From: Tubulanus polymorphus
Taxonomy: Eukaryota; Animalia; Nemertea
Direction: 5' to 3'
DNA: 64,000 bases
Assembly (NCBI RefSeq): GCF_964204645.1
Contig: NC_134028.1
Coordinates: 21,076,345-21,140,344 of the forward strand
Positions 42,177 through 55,725 of the stretch are shown in pieces. The stretch's first letter is position 1, and each line of letters opens with the position of its first letter. The notes under the pieces were generated by a model. The model was given only the letters and a program-made list of their open reading frames with translations. It was not told the DNA's origin and searched no databases. Both the position numbers and the translations under genes were made by a program.

Positions 42177-45100
42177 ATGATGGAGGTAATGTTTTGTTTT
42201 ACTGGTCTGTTTCAGTGTTTCTTTCAAGACGCCAGAATCAAAACTGAACGTTCAAGGTGACCTCATCACAGTGACATAAATGGTGTTCACTGTTCAGTGA
42301 ATGTCCATCAGAATAGTTGGGGAAAATTCTTGACATTTACATATTGTTCAAATTTTGCACAAAAAAAAAGACTGGAAAATTTGGATTGACCAAGTGTTTT
42401 TATCAGTACATGATTCATTTAAAAAATGAATGGATTCTAGCATTTTAAACTAAGGAATTATTTGGGGAATTTTGTGTTAAAACATGGAAAAATCAGAGAA
42501 TTCAATATTCGGGGGAGTTGTGAAAGATTTGTGGTAACTGGTTGATTGTGTTTTACAGTGTTTCTTTCTTCTATTTGCAAGATATTTGGGCAGCAAGTAT
42601 TTAAAAACTCGTTGTTTTCATTGTAGGAATCATGTACCGTCACTGATGTTGCTAATGAAAAGAAACTCATCACCGATTTCTTTAAATCTCCGCCGAAACA
42701 GTCGAATAATCTGTTCAACTATTTCTCTCCGAAACCGAGAAAAGATGACAACGCTTCATCGCGGGGAGGAAACTGCGCCGTTCAAACGTCGCGCGAACAA
42801 CCGGGACACGCTCGAACCAAAACGAAATCGAAGAAACGAAAGGTTAACGCTAGCGATGAAGGCGACGATACCGCTCCGTCTAACGACGTCGAGAGAAAGG
42901 AACGTAGAAAAACGGGGAAGAAACCGCGAAAGGAGGAAAGTTCCGTTCAGCAGACGGAGGAAGAAGAGACGAACGCCAACGATTCGTCGATTATAGAAAT
43001 ATCTTACGATGATTTCATAAACGAACAGAAAGCGGATGCAACTGATACGTCTGGTGCAGTTACCGATACATCAGGTGCGGTTACCGATACATCAGGTGTA
43101 GTTATCAATACGTCTGCTATGGTTACCGATACATCTGCTGTGGTTACCGATACGTCTGCTGTGGTTACCGATACGTCTGCTGTGGTAACCGATACGTCTG
43201 CTGTGGTTACCGAGTTGTCGTACGCGGATTTTCTAAAAACGATGAATACCACGCCGTCTGACGAGGTCGACGCCGTCATAGACGAGAACGATAATGTCAA
43301 CGGCGTACGGAACGTCTCCTCGACGAAACCTAAAACTCTCAACCGCGATAACGTATCTCGTAAGAAAGAGGGCGCCGCCGGTTTGTTTCGTTATTTCGCC
43401 AGTTCTAAGGCGTCGAATCCGACCGATGCGCATCAACGGCAAATAGTGTTAGCCGAAATTCATTCGCCGAGTTCGGTCGTCGGTAAACCGCAATATCGCA
43501 GTCTCGCGGCCAATAATAGTAATAAAGGCAAATCAAACGTCGTCGTGGAAACGGATTGTTGCGTGATCGAGTCGCTAGGTCAATGTCCGATTACTCCGGA
43601 GAAATTGTCGAAGAAACGGCCGAAACGATTGTTAGAAGAGTTGGATTTAGAAACGGACGCGATTGCCAAATCGGCCGCTGGATGCCAGCGTTTGGCTGCA
43701 CGTAGTAGAGAGTCTGTGGACGGTCAACGGAAAGGAAACAACCAGCGTAAATCAAAAGGTCCCAACCGCATCCAGCCGGCTAAAACCGATAACTCCGAAG
43801 AAGCTGATGTTGTCGTTACTAGAATTCAAAAGAGTCCTCGAAAAACAACGAAGTCATCGGTTAGACAGAACGACAGCGATTTGACATTGCCGGTGACATC
43901 CGAGGCTGGATCCTTAACCGCGAAGAAAATAACTCAAATGACGTTCAGTTTCGGGAAAAACGGTTTCAAAATGGAGAAATCGGCGTCGGCGGTTTCCGCA
44001 GATACCGACACTGATATACCTGAAGCTGATGAAACTTCGTTAGCGGTTTGTGGCGATTTTAAAAGTGATAACAATAAAACCCGGGAACGGACTGATATCA
44101 ATAGGGTGGACACCACGGGTGACAAACAAAAACAGAAAACGCGACGTCGACTCAATTCTAATCAGAAACAACAACAACAGAATAATGAAAAATCTCCGAT
44201 TGAAAAAATGAGTCGAAGGTCAGTTCGAAATTCTCGCAATGATTCGACCAGCCCGTCTAATCGACCGGTATCGACCAGCGAGATGGCAGTCAGCCCTTCT
44301 GATCGACCAGTTTCGAGCCCATCAGCTTGTGGAATGCCCAGTATAACGGAAAGTCCTCGTAGTTTGAAGAAGAAAAGACGTATTTTGCGAAGCACGTATC
44401 AAACAACGGTCGTAAAAGATGAAGATCCTTCGAGTCCACTACGTATAAGAATAACAAGGTACTACCACCCCCTTGACAATCTACCGGTACCACCATGAAA
44501 CACCCATCAGGGCATCTGCAACCCTGAAACACCTCTCAGAAAGTTTGCTACCCTGAAACACCACTCAGAAAGTCTGCAGCCCTGAAACACCTCTCTAAGT
44601 CTTTGAGAAGTGTTTCAGAGTAGCAGACTCTTTGAAAGATCCTGCTTCTCTGATACACCTCAGAGAGTCCGCTACCCTGAAACGTCATTCAGGAAGTCTG
44701 CAGCCCTGATAAACCTCTCACACAGAGACTCTGCTGCCCTGAAACACCCCTCGACAGGAAGTCAATGAAGTTAAGACTTCAAACATGCTTGAATTTTGAC
44801 TCCTTATCCCTGTGATTTCTCTTTTTAGGACCGGATGTAAGAAAAAGAAGAACACTGGTAAATCTGCTGCAGACGATGAAATCATTTCAACGAAACCTCA
44901 ACCGGCTAAATCTAAGAAGGCTGTCAACAACAAAAAGACCGTCGCTCGGCAATTACTTCAAAAAGCTAAAGACAATAAAATCCAGAAAAAAATCCGCACA
45001 AAATCATCGGAGAACGAACAGACGACTGCCTTACGCCGATCATCGCGCACACCTCGGCAGCAGAATCCATGGGTTGAGAAACCGGTGAAAAAACCACAAC

Positions 45101-48100
45101 ACAAGAGAAGAGATAAAAACAGCAAAGAATCGTCCACTTCTAGTGATGATGTCATCGTTGTCAAATCAGTAGCGACCCCGAAAAAATCGAAATCAGGTGA
45201 AGTTTTATCCGCTGGAGAATATAACATCTGTATTTCGTCTACTCCACCGTGCAGTGTATAGCAGACTTATGACTAACTGCTATTTTGCAGCTTCCCTGCA
45301 GTGCAATGTATAACTGATATATAGTTTACAGGCAGTACATTGTACAACAGACTTACCGCTCTATTACCCCACAGTGTAGTGTAATTCTGACTTTGTATCT
45401 CATCTATCCCACCGTGCGGTGTGTAACTGATTTACTGCTGTATTTCATCTACCCCACAGTACAGTGTATTAACAGACTTACTGCTATATTTCATCTACTC
45501 CGCAGTGCGGTGCATTACAGACTTACTGCTGTATTTCATCTACCTAACAGTGCATTGTATAACTGACTGCTATATTATACACCGCATAGCAGGACAGATG
45601 CAGGAAAAGGTTTAAGTAGTTAACATTGTATTGATGATTATTTTCCAGCTATGAAACTGGCTCCGATTTTCAAAGGGAAAAAACGCACGGGCGATAAGAC
45701 TGGGCACGATGGCAAGGATGACGACGCGGTCATCGTTGTAAAAGAGGAAACCGAAGCGGAAAAAACGGCGCGAATCGCGCGACAAAAATTTCTACTCAGC
45801 GGAATTCCCGATCAACTCCGTCAGAAAAACCGACCGGCACCCCGAGTCACTGGCTCAGAGTATGTTCCGTTTCCTAAACAATCGCACGTTCGACAGTTGT
45901 CTAGCGATGCGGAATCGGTCAGTAAACCGTTAGTGTTGCCTCTACTGTGTGAACGTACTCAACCGGAGATCATATTGACGACGGGTGTATTACAGTTAGC
46001 TATGTTAACGCAAAGCTTACGTAAAGAGAAATTCAGCAGGATCCCACGACAACTCGGGGTACGTTTAGTATTTGTCGTCGTATTTGAGCAAAGATTTGAT
46101 GGACGGTAAATAATATATGTTTATACATTTCTGGATGAATGATAATCTAATTTTTGTAGGAACAACGAGAATTGGGAATTTGGTCGAAGGAAGTCGAACA
46201 AGGTTTGCTATACGAAATCAAGGCTAGTAATCCGGCGTTCCCGATACGTAAGATGTATTCGAGTTTAACCAGTCGTAAACTGGAGTCTGAGAAATCGGAG
46301 AACGTTGTGGCGATCGAAACGGAAACCGACAAACAGCAATCGGAGTCCGCCGCTACTGCCGCTGCTGCTGCTGCACCGGCGCCCGTAAAACGGAGGGCTG
46401 CTCGCAAGCGAGGTCGGCGGTTGCAATCGGTGGAAGAAATAGTCGTCGTGAAAAATGAGGAAGATCAGAAAAAGGACGACGATATCTGTAAAATAAACGG
46501 TAGATAAATGACAGCTACGGCCTAGAATTAAGTTGTGACTTTAGACCGAAAAGTGGTCTTACATCTTGAGACTTAATTTGTCCTATATTGATTATAGAAC
46601 CAAATTAAATTTAGCCTGGTTGCTATAAAACTAAGATTGTCTTAATCTAGGTGATCGGTATATTTGTAGAGGCCGGTAGTGACGTGTTGTGGACCGAGAA
46701 GTATCAACCGAAAAGTTCGTTGGACATTCTCGGAAATTCGAACAACGTGAAGAAATTGAAATCGTGGCTGATCGATTGGAAAGAGCGCGTCGACCGCGAG
46801 GCCAAACATCTCCGCCTGATGATGAAAAAACAAGCAAAACTGAAGAGAGCTCAACAATTAGGGGAAGGTAACTAGAAAATGACAAGTTTATTGCGTGTCT
46901 ACTGGAAATTTGCTAATGTAGAAAAGGGTTAGAGAGCTGAGACAAACTTTAATTTGGATTTGGAGTCCTTTTTGATCGGTCTTTTGATCTTTTAAAAGAA
47001 AAATCTTCACCTCTTGTGATTAAGTCACACATTTAGATCTGAGCTAAATGTCTTTGAAAGTTTGTTTCGATGTGAATATTATTCAGGCTGAGTTAGTGAT
47101 CGGCTAAAATCATTTGTCTTAGTACAAGAAAATTGCAGTTTATTGATTATATAGAGTGAAGTCTTGTTTTTGGCTTTCAAGCTTATATTCATTAAGGGAG
47201 AGCCAAAAAAAATCGAAATCACACTGTTTCCGAGAGATAGCGAGCGACTACAATGCACTTGGTTTTTGCGTCAGTTAAGAATTTACATCGTTTAAACTAA
47301 ATTAAAATTCGTCTGTATCGAAGGCTTATAGTTTTCATGTGTGAGATTTACGTATGATATCGTTCGATTGTTTACAATAGATTCTAGCTCCTCCTGGTGG
47401 TCAGATGATGATGATGATTTCGATGTAAAGGATGATAGCGACAATGAACAGTTTAACATCGACGATGGCGCTGTTAATACTATGTGTTTAGTCGGTGCTC
47501 ATGGTATCGGTAAAACCGCTACAGTTTATGCCCTCGCTCAGGAACTCGGATACAAGGTATCTTATCGAGAGATCATTCAGATTCATTTTACTAATATCTA
47601 TTGGGCATAATTTCCCTTGATTCTAGGGACTACCGTAAGTGAAATATAGACAGTTCCAACGCGACTCAGCGAAGCAGAGTATTGTATCCTTCTGATTTTG
47701 AGTTTACAGGGATGAAAATCTTCCGACCGTAGACGGATTTCCGGCCTTTTCTAACATTTTCTTTATTCCTGAGAACGGTGTAAATCACCTCAATCGCTTT
47801 AATCACCTCAATCGTGGGCGTCACATCGGAGCGCTCCGTAGTTAGGAGTGTTCCTTAAGGCTGTTTTCGGCAGTTGTTAGCACAACTGTAGAGTCGGAGA
47901 AACCATTATGGCGTCTCATTCAAAAAGCGGCTCTAATTCAGGCCCAAACTATTAACATTTTGACCAAAAGGAAGTAAGTTTTTTGGCTAAAAGTTACTGA
48001 TTTTTGTTTCCCAAAAAAATTCTTTTTTTTTTCAATATAGGCCGTTTTCATCCCTGGTTTTAAAATGACCCGCTAAAAAGAACGCTAGCTGGAAGTAACT

Positions 48101-51100
48101 CCCCCGGTTCAAATTATACAATACTTTAACCTGTTTGGATTTTGAGAAATGTCGTAAGGCAGGTTTTGATCGGTCTCTACTGATTCCGGAATTCTCGTCC
48201 GGCGCCTTGGTTTCAACCGGAAAATGCTCTACCTATTCTGGAATACCGGAGATCGAGAAGCGGCCGGTAGAGAGTTCGATAGGTCTCTACCGATATCGGA
48301 ATCATATAATCGGTATTCCTGATTGAAGCGGCCGGTTGAGATTTCGACCGAATACGTTCGATCGAAACCGTGCCTTAGAGAGAACCTAATTTTCTGTTGT
48401 TATTTTTAGGTGTTCGAAGTGAACGCGTCGTCTCGACGCAACGGGAAACATATCTTGGCTCAATTACAGGAAGCTACTCAATCGCATCATCTATCGAAAC
48501 ATAACCACAAATCATCGGTTACGACCGGAGCGGGGCGAAATCCGTTCATAGCTGCCGGTCTGAAAACTGGTAAGATAAAAACTTACCATTCATTTCTCTT
48601 AATTCCCTTACGATCCAAGGTTTGATGATATAAGGAATAAAAGCCACTTGCCCGTGGGGCGAGCGTATCTGAAATTTCGCTTGCCCTCTAAAAAATCAAC
48701 TAGCCAGCCCTGCACAGGCAGTCCGATCCGTGGCACAATCATCCGTCGTATCGAGTGGGAAAAAAGCTTCGAGACATAAAATTGCACTAGCCCGGTGGAT
48801 AAGTGATAATGATTACCTACTTGCTCTTACGAAAATATATTAGACCCGTGCAATTGGATGAGTGCTTAGATCGCACCCTGTAATGAAACTGATGTTCATT
48901 GTGGACAAAATTTGCACCGTTACCGGTCTGAAAGCAACAGTTTAGGATCCAGTTCCACAGTTGTGAGTTCCTAAATAAAATTCTCTTAACTCAGGCCTTG
49001 TATCCGCAATTCGCTGTTTAAATCCATTCATTTTCACTGTTTTCCAAGATTGCTGTTTACCAACTATTAAATCATGCAGTTGGTTCTATTTATAGTAGTT
49101 AAACAAACAAATTTTTGTTCGATAAAAAACCTTATAACATTCAGGTCCAGTATCTCACGGCGGAAACGTGCCTCCTAAAAAACCTGCGCCTGCTAGTTTC
49201 GCCAACTTCTTCAAGACGGCAGATAGCGGAGATGGAAAGAAAAAGTCGGGGTCCGCGGATTCTAAATTTGCAAAGAAGAAGTCAGTTGTCGATGGTGCTC
49301 TAGTCATAGAAAAAGGTATGTACATGCAAACTGAAATTATTGCGGCGAAAGGTAAAAATAGAAAACAGCAAAAACGTCTTCTTCACTAATTGTTGATTAT
49401 ACTATATACTATAAACGCTGGATAGTCATATCGGTATCATCATACTACACTCTAACAACGACTTACAATTGATGAGTGACAGATTAACGAAATATTTCCA
49501 ACTCCCGGTAATAGTGAAAAAAGTACGACTAAAACTGTATACGTGTCGAAATAAGCAAAACTAAAACCCTCAGCATCCACCCGCGCAGGATGATAAGCGC
49601 TGCAGTGAACACGGGGAGGGGGGAAGCTACAACCCTAACTCATACATAACATAGATAGTGCAAAGAAAAGCTTTGCGATTCACTCAGCTTTTCTTGAACT
49701 GAGATATTTCACATTTATGTCATTGGTCGTGTTTTCAGAAAGTAAGAAGAAAAGTCCTATGAAGAAAAATAAAACGTCGAAGTTGAGTAAAGAGAAGAAA
49801 ACGCACAATGACAAAAAACAAGCTGCCAGTATTTCGTTGATTCTATTTGATGAGGTAGTTATTTATAGTTCTATTTGTCTCAGCCCTGGTTATTCACCGC
49901 TTAATTGTAGGATCATATATATTTCATCAATGTTTTTGAGTCAAAGAGTGAACAAGGGTTTTCCTAATGAAAAACGCTACGAAACCTGGTCCTGGTGCTG
50001 GTTTTCAGTGTTCATGCGCTGGTTTTCAGTGTTCAGGCACTGGTTTTTGGTGTTCAGGCACTGGTTTTCAGTGTTCAGGCACTGGTTTTTGGTGTTCAGG
50101 CACTGGTTTTCGGTGTTCAGGCACATGCAGGATGGCCACTAACTTGTTAATCACGGGACCTACTTTCATTAAATAAAAGTCGGGGATTAGCTAAAAAGTC
50201 AGGGAAATTTGTTGAGATTGCTAGATAAAATCAAGCAGTTTCCATCTATGTCTTCGGTATTTGACTGTTAATTGATGGGATTCTTAGCACAAAAAGTCAG
50301 GGAAAACAACGTACATGTCAAGGGAAAAGTAATGTAAAGCAAATAGAGGTGGCCACGAAGACATGTTTTCACAAGTAGTTCAAACTCAGGGAAATTGCTA
50401 GCTAGGTACCGTTCGCAAAACAAGTTTTATTTATTTCAGGTTGATGTCGTGTTTGAAGAAGATAAAGCGTTTTGGGCGGCGATACAAACATTCATGGAAT
50501 CGACGAAACGTCCGATGATTATGACTACGACTGATCGATTTTTCCCGTCGCAGTTCGAAGGTCGTTTCGATACGCTACGATTCAAAGCTCCGGCTTCGGT
50601 AAGTTTTCAAATTCAAAGCGATTTCGGTATCTCTTACTGTGACAACTATATCAACCCATCTCTAGTATATGTCTATAACATCAGAACAAACTAAAAAAAA
50701 TTTTTTAATGTCAGCTGAGTTCAAACCAAGTGAATTACTGAGTCAGCATAGCTGGGATGGTCATTTATGTTGACAACTGATCCAAATGATCATTAATACT
50801 TCGTAGTAAATTGAATTGGGACTCAAAAATAGCGATTACTTCAGTAATTGCTGGGAATAAATTGATTAAGCTTTAACTGTTCATGTTCTCAGTCATGTTT
50901 GACTCAATAAGTTAAACTACATGTAGTTCATTTTGAATTCCCTCCGAGTCAAATCTTGATCTTTATTCAATTGATTTCTGAAATCATTCACGATAATGAA
51001 CGTATGTTACAGGTGAATGTTACAAGTTACCTACAAAGCGTTTGTTTAGCGGAGAGAATTCGAACCGATTTTAACGATCTGAAATCGCTCGTCGACTCAC

Positions 51101-54100
51101 AGCGACACACGGACATTCGACAGTTGATTTTATCGCTGCAATTCTGGACGAAATCCGGAGCGAGTTCGCGAACGACGGAAAAACCACTTCGCATTCCTCC
51201 GACTAAACCGGATGATGCGAGCACCGGCGTCGTCGTCGCGCCTCTCCAGCCGTCCACTCCGAAAACTAAACTACGCACGGAGATTTTGAAGAAAATGTCT
51301 GAGAATCAATCGGACAATAGCGACGACGATTTCGAGATCGTCCCGCGATCGAAGCGTCGACGTCTCGTCATAGAAGAAAGCGATTCATCGAAGGACGGAG
51401 CGTTTTCTCCAGTGAAACGACGACCGGTGATCGGAGGAGAGCAGACGGACGTCGGTGGAGATGAGTCGAGTACGTTGACGTCGTTGCCGGCTGCCCGGGA
51501 AGTTCCGGGGCCTCTCGTACACGTGCGGTGTTTCGAAAGCGTCACCGGATTCGATTGTTGTCTGCCGAAAACTCAACCTTTTAAACAACTTCTTCTGGTA
51601 AGTTGATATGATGATAGTAAACCTCACTCAACTCAGACTTATGACTAAATCTGACGAAAATGAAATCAGAATTGTGATTTCCTTACTTATCTTTCCTATC
51701 TTTAACTCTTACTTTGCTTTCCTCGGACTCATTTTGCCACCTGTCCCAGTTTGTCCGGGTTAGGCCAGGTGTACTGAATTATGATTTAATTTTGATAGTA
51801 ATTGAGATTTTCATAGCTTAAAATCCTGTACAATACAGTTTGATTGTGCTCATTCTTGTAATTATTTTTAACCCCAGATACAGTGACGGTATATATTTAT
51901 ATCTCTTACTACGCTAAGGGGTATTCAAAGTAATCCAAAAAATTGAAAATGAAGCTACTTGATTGATGTTAACATCATACGGTGCTATCCACTTTACACG
52001 AGTTCAATCTCATTTCATCTGTACGCTGCCAAACCCTAATGACCCAATTATTGCTTGTAATCGCTGTATTTATTATTATTATTCTTTTTAGTGCGGATCG
52101 GGTGATGAAGAGATATTTCACGATCAGATTCGCGTAATTCAGTTCTACAGACATTTGGGAATAGACGTCGTATACGGCAACTTACGCAACCTGTTAGAAT
52201 TACCGACGTTTACCACGCAGCTACCATACCCGATAGATCCGATATTAACGGCAAATCGGAAACAACAAATAACATCAGCCAAAAAGAAGTTTAAACGTAT
52301 TCGTCGCCCGGGTAGCGATCTATACGACAGTGAAGCCTCGGAATCCGAAGACGTTTTATCTGCGGTTGAAAAACAGACGAATGACGAAGCGCAGGAATCC
52401 ACGCAGACGCCGGCTTCGGAATCATCTCAGCAAATGATCTCGGAACAGACGGGACCGTCTCGTCAGACAGATTCAGAACCATCTCGTCATACGGATTTGG
52501 AACAGTCTCGGCAGACGGCTTCCCGGGATACGGAATTATCGTCTCGTAACAATAAACGGAATATTCGTAAACCCGGCGATAAAATCGTTCAACGATCAAT
52601 CGATTCGTTATCTAAACTTTACGATAATTTCTCGTTCTCAGACAGTTACTTGAACTATACAGCGGCGTACGACGGTCGCGGCGTCGTACCCGGGTTAACC
52701 GACGAATTACCGATCGATGACTTTAATGCGGATATAGATTCCGAATGGAATACGGAACATTTTAATCTCATTCGATCGACCGTAGATATGTTGAATTTGC
52801 GCGAGTGTCGACACGGTTTACGCGAAACACGAACCGAATCGGACGACGATTATTCTACAGTCGTTGATGATTTAACATTACCGGTTGATTTGGATTCATT
52901 GGACGTGGAATTCACGCAGGAGTTTCAAGTCTCCAAGTGGTGAGTATTATTGATCCTGGGTCGACAGTTATTTGAAAAAGTTTAACTCGAATTTTAATTG
53001 TTTTGATTGTGTTCTTCAACTTAATATGTTTCCATTATTCGAACTTAACTCATGGTTTCCAGCGGTCCTTCCAAGTCCTTCTTTGTCCTTCTTTTGGAAA
53101 AGTTTGGACATGCATCATCTTTGTCCTTTTTTTTTTTTACTCTAGCTCCATCCTTTTGATAAAAAAGTCCTTCCAAATTTAGTTTTTATATGTTTTCGCT
53201 CACAATTTTGCCTTGAATTTGACTGTTGAAGTATTTTATCACTCAGGCCTGTTCATTCAATTGTCAGTAAGACAGAATACAGTATACAGGAAACCGAAAG
53301 TGTTATGGAATTACCCTGAAATGTATGACTGGCTACATGACTAGTATTCCGGTGAAGGCATTGCGAAAATGTGCCCTTATTTTACTGGAAAGAACTTCTT
53401 TCGGAGTCCAAGTCCCTTCTTATGGGTCTAAAATTGCCGAGAAAGGACCTCAGTATTTCTTTTTACCCTGGCCTTACCACTGGAAACCCTGTAACTGGTT
53501 TATAAGCTTCTAAACTTTTCAATGAAACTGAAGATAAAGATTTGAAATTTTAGAAAAAATTAATTCATTTCAGTAATGAGTTGTTGATAAATGGATGTCA
53601 AACGAACGTTCAGTCGAGTTTACCGTTGACCGTGTCGTCTGCCGCAATCGTTACTGATTATCTGCCGTATCTCAGACAAATCTGTAAAACCGAACAATTC
53701 CGACAAGCGACCAAAGCTAAACGAAGGTAAGACTATTTTCCGTACAGGGACTTCTTGTACATTGGTGCTGATTTATGTACTTCATGAATGGCCCCGTTGA
53801 TCGGGATTATGAAGACTTGATTGAAACTGATCGCTCCCAAGTTCGAGTTAATTGTTGGGTCCCTAACTTTTTCAAATAAATTTCTGTCCCAAAGTCTTCT
53901 TAGTCAAAAACTCTAATTCGTTGTATTTTTGGATTTCGGGAACCTTTTGGTCACGTCTTTCACATGGCCTACTGCATAGATATCTCAAACGCTGTATTGA
54001 TTATTGATATCATGAATGATTATGGATGATTACGAATGATTTCTTGTTTTATCGTTGAACAGGTTTTTCCACTATCTCGACAGTATACAGCTACACATTA

Positions 54101-54141
54101 AACAGTCGACCATAGATGCGTTAACGACTCTATTCAGTTAA
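42177..54141 (+). CDS. ATAD5: ATPase family AAA domain-containing protein 5 (ELG1 homologue, PCNA unloader), complete; exons 42177-42185, 42627-44458, 44829-45196, 45649-46058, 46160-46499, 46670-46867, 47381-47556, 48410-48569, 49145-49315, 49739-49854, 50440-50598, 51013-51597, 52092-52939, 53574-53726, 54063-54141 (about 1867 aa)
   Basis: RFC box II LWTEKYQP, Walker A GAHGIGKT, FEVNASSRRNGK, EATQSH, Walker B LILFDE|VD, KRPMIMTT, KLAPIF, N-terminal PIP-like SNNLFNYF and C-terminal DYLPYLRQICKTE...KRRFFHYL. All introns are GT-AG with consistent phases; AATAAA near 54332 and 54355. The start exon is the least certain part. Confidence 0.95.
43040..43212 (+). repeat. Coding 21-bp tandem repeat in ATAD5, (VTDTSAV) x ~8
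   Basis: GTTACCGATACGTCTGCTGTG repeated in frame within exon 42627-44458. Confidence 0.95.
44495..44755. repeat. ~29-bp degenerate minisatellite with one inverted unit (about 44600-44635)
   Basis: CCCTGAAACACCTCTCAGAAAGTCTGCAG-like units. Confidence 0.8.
45228..45616. repeat. ~44-bp degenerate minisatellite ending in a piggyBac-MITE-like terminus
   Basis: Units ...CTACYCCRCAGTGCGGTGTATAACAGACTTACTGCTGTATTTCAT; ends gatgcaggaaaaggtttaa. Confidence 0.75.
47707..48056. mobile_element. MITE with CAGGGATGAAAA TIRs, copy 2, in an ATAD5 intron
   Basis: Perfect 12-bp TIRs; reverse-complement match to 23742-24114. Confidence 0.85.
48155..48378. mobile_element. Putative PIF/Harbinger-like MITE
   Basis: TAAGGCAGGTTTTGATCG...CGATCGAAACCGTGCCTTA imperfect TIRs. 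Confidence 0.55.
48633..48880. mobile_element. hAT-like MITE remnant; diverged inverted relative at about 37408-37590 in RPS9 intron 3
   Basis: Shared words atctaagcact(t/c)atcc and ggcaagtggcttt; CAGGG terminus at 48880. Confidence 0.45.
49998..50124. repeat. 21-bp minisatellite, about 6 copies, in an ATAD5 intron
   Basis: CTGGTTTTYRGTGTTCAGGCA tandem units. Confidence 0.95.
53051..53491. mobile_element. MITE with CA(T/G)GGTTTCCAG TIRs and 5-bp target-site duplication
   Basis: TAACT|CATGGTTTCCAGCGG...CCACTGGAAACCCTG|TAACT. Confidence 0.7.
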
Positions 54142-55725
54142 AAAACGAAACTCATTCCACGGTTGGATTATCGAGATCGTCCCGAATCGGTCAATGTTCA
54201 GGTCTAGCAGGACTGAAGTATGTGAAGTACCATGCTACTACAGCTAATTAGCGTTTTGGTTATTTTAATTGTTGATATGCCAACTACTTGTATTGCGTGA
54301 GTGGCTTCCCCTGCACTCTAACTGTATTTAATAATAAATCAATCTGTATATAATAATAAATCAATCTGTATAGTCTAGGCTCCTTCAGACCGTACTTGCC
54401 TACGTGATTATTTATTTTGAAAGGTGTTCTGTCTTTTTTATGTAAAATCTACATACGAAATCTACGCGTGAAGAGTTTATAGTTGATTATGTTTCATCAA
54501 ATAAAGTGAAATATTAGAATGGAATAAATGAAAAAATAAATAGTGGAAGAAAATGTGTACAAATTTGTGAATAATGAATTCGTTTGAATTTTTTGGCGAA
54601 AAGAAAGCTGATTGAATATATTTATTTTGATATTTGTATATTTTTGTATTACACATTTCTCATGTCAATACAGATGTCAGTGGTGGGTAGATTCAACGAT
54701 TTTCTTATAAAAAAGACACCGAAAATTATGGTATATTTGTTCTCCATTCTGATCAGATTAATAGGAGTCGACGAAGAAAATGTTAACAATTTTGAAACGG
54801 CTTAAACTGATTTCATTAAAGAAATTATGAAGTTTATTTTTATGGCCATTTCCTGCTGATGAATTTTTGTCGATTTCCATACGGCACTGAAGTCTAAATC
54901 CGATCAAACACTGCCAAATATTTCCAGTCCGTTTACTACCGTCTGGATCCACCCCTGATGGGTTAAACGATTTTGCATCCCATTTTCAGAAATGTAGTTT
55001 ATTTAGGTAGAATTGAATGAGGAAATAAAAACTGGTTGAAATTGCCATTAATGAAAAACAATTGTGACTTATCGTTCATTTATTTATTTATTTAGTCTCA
55101 TTATTACTTATTATGATTTCTTAATGGCAAGTCTTTGGGACACGTCACATCGCATCACCTCACTGGCTGGAAAAATGGTTGACGTTGACTGAAAAGTTCT
55201 GTTATTTGAAGGCAGTTTGATGGATGGCCATCTTTTGTGTATACTTCCAGAAAAGCTGTTTTATTGAGATATGGAGAACGATGTATCATACAAAGGTTGT
55301 TTGAAATATGGATCGAGTAATGAATCTACCATCAGCCATAACTCTGGCTTTAACCAACCATAGCTCAGCTCTAATCGTAGCAGGACTGGACCCTGTACCC
55401 TCCCTGTGTGATTGCTAGAGCCGAGGTGGCTTTAGCTTGGCCCAACTATTTTGCCAATGATGATTTTCTCACGAAGGTTTTTCAAATACCTCAGCTAGTA
55501 GACCTGCTCCCATCCCCGATTACGTATTTTGAGATCCACTATGAATGAAACGGCTGCATCTAAAACATCCAACAAACATTACACTACACGTGATCACTCA
55601 ATCGACCTGAATCACGATATTAACGGAAAACTATGGTCAGATATAGCCCCAGACCTTTGAAATGCAACTATCTGAAAACATTCCTCCGGGGATCGAAGAC
55701 CCCCGGAACCCCTTGAAAAAGCGTA

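Noticed and set aside
49967-50176. Cys/Gly-rich ORF (CSGTGF repeats) resembling a metallothionein or keratin-associated protein
   Set aside because: Translation of an intronic 21-bp minisatellite.
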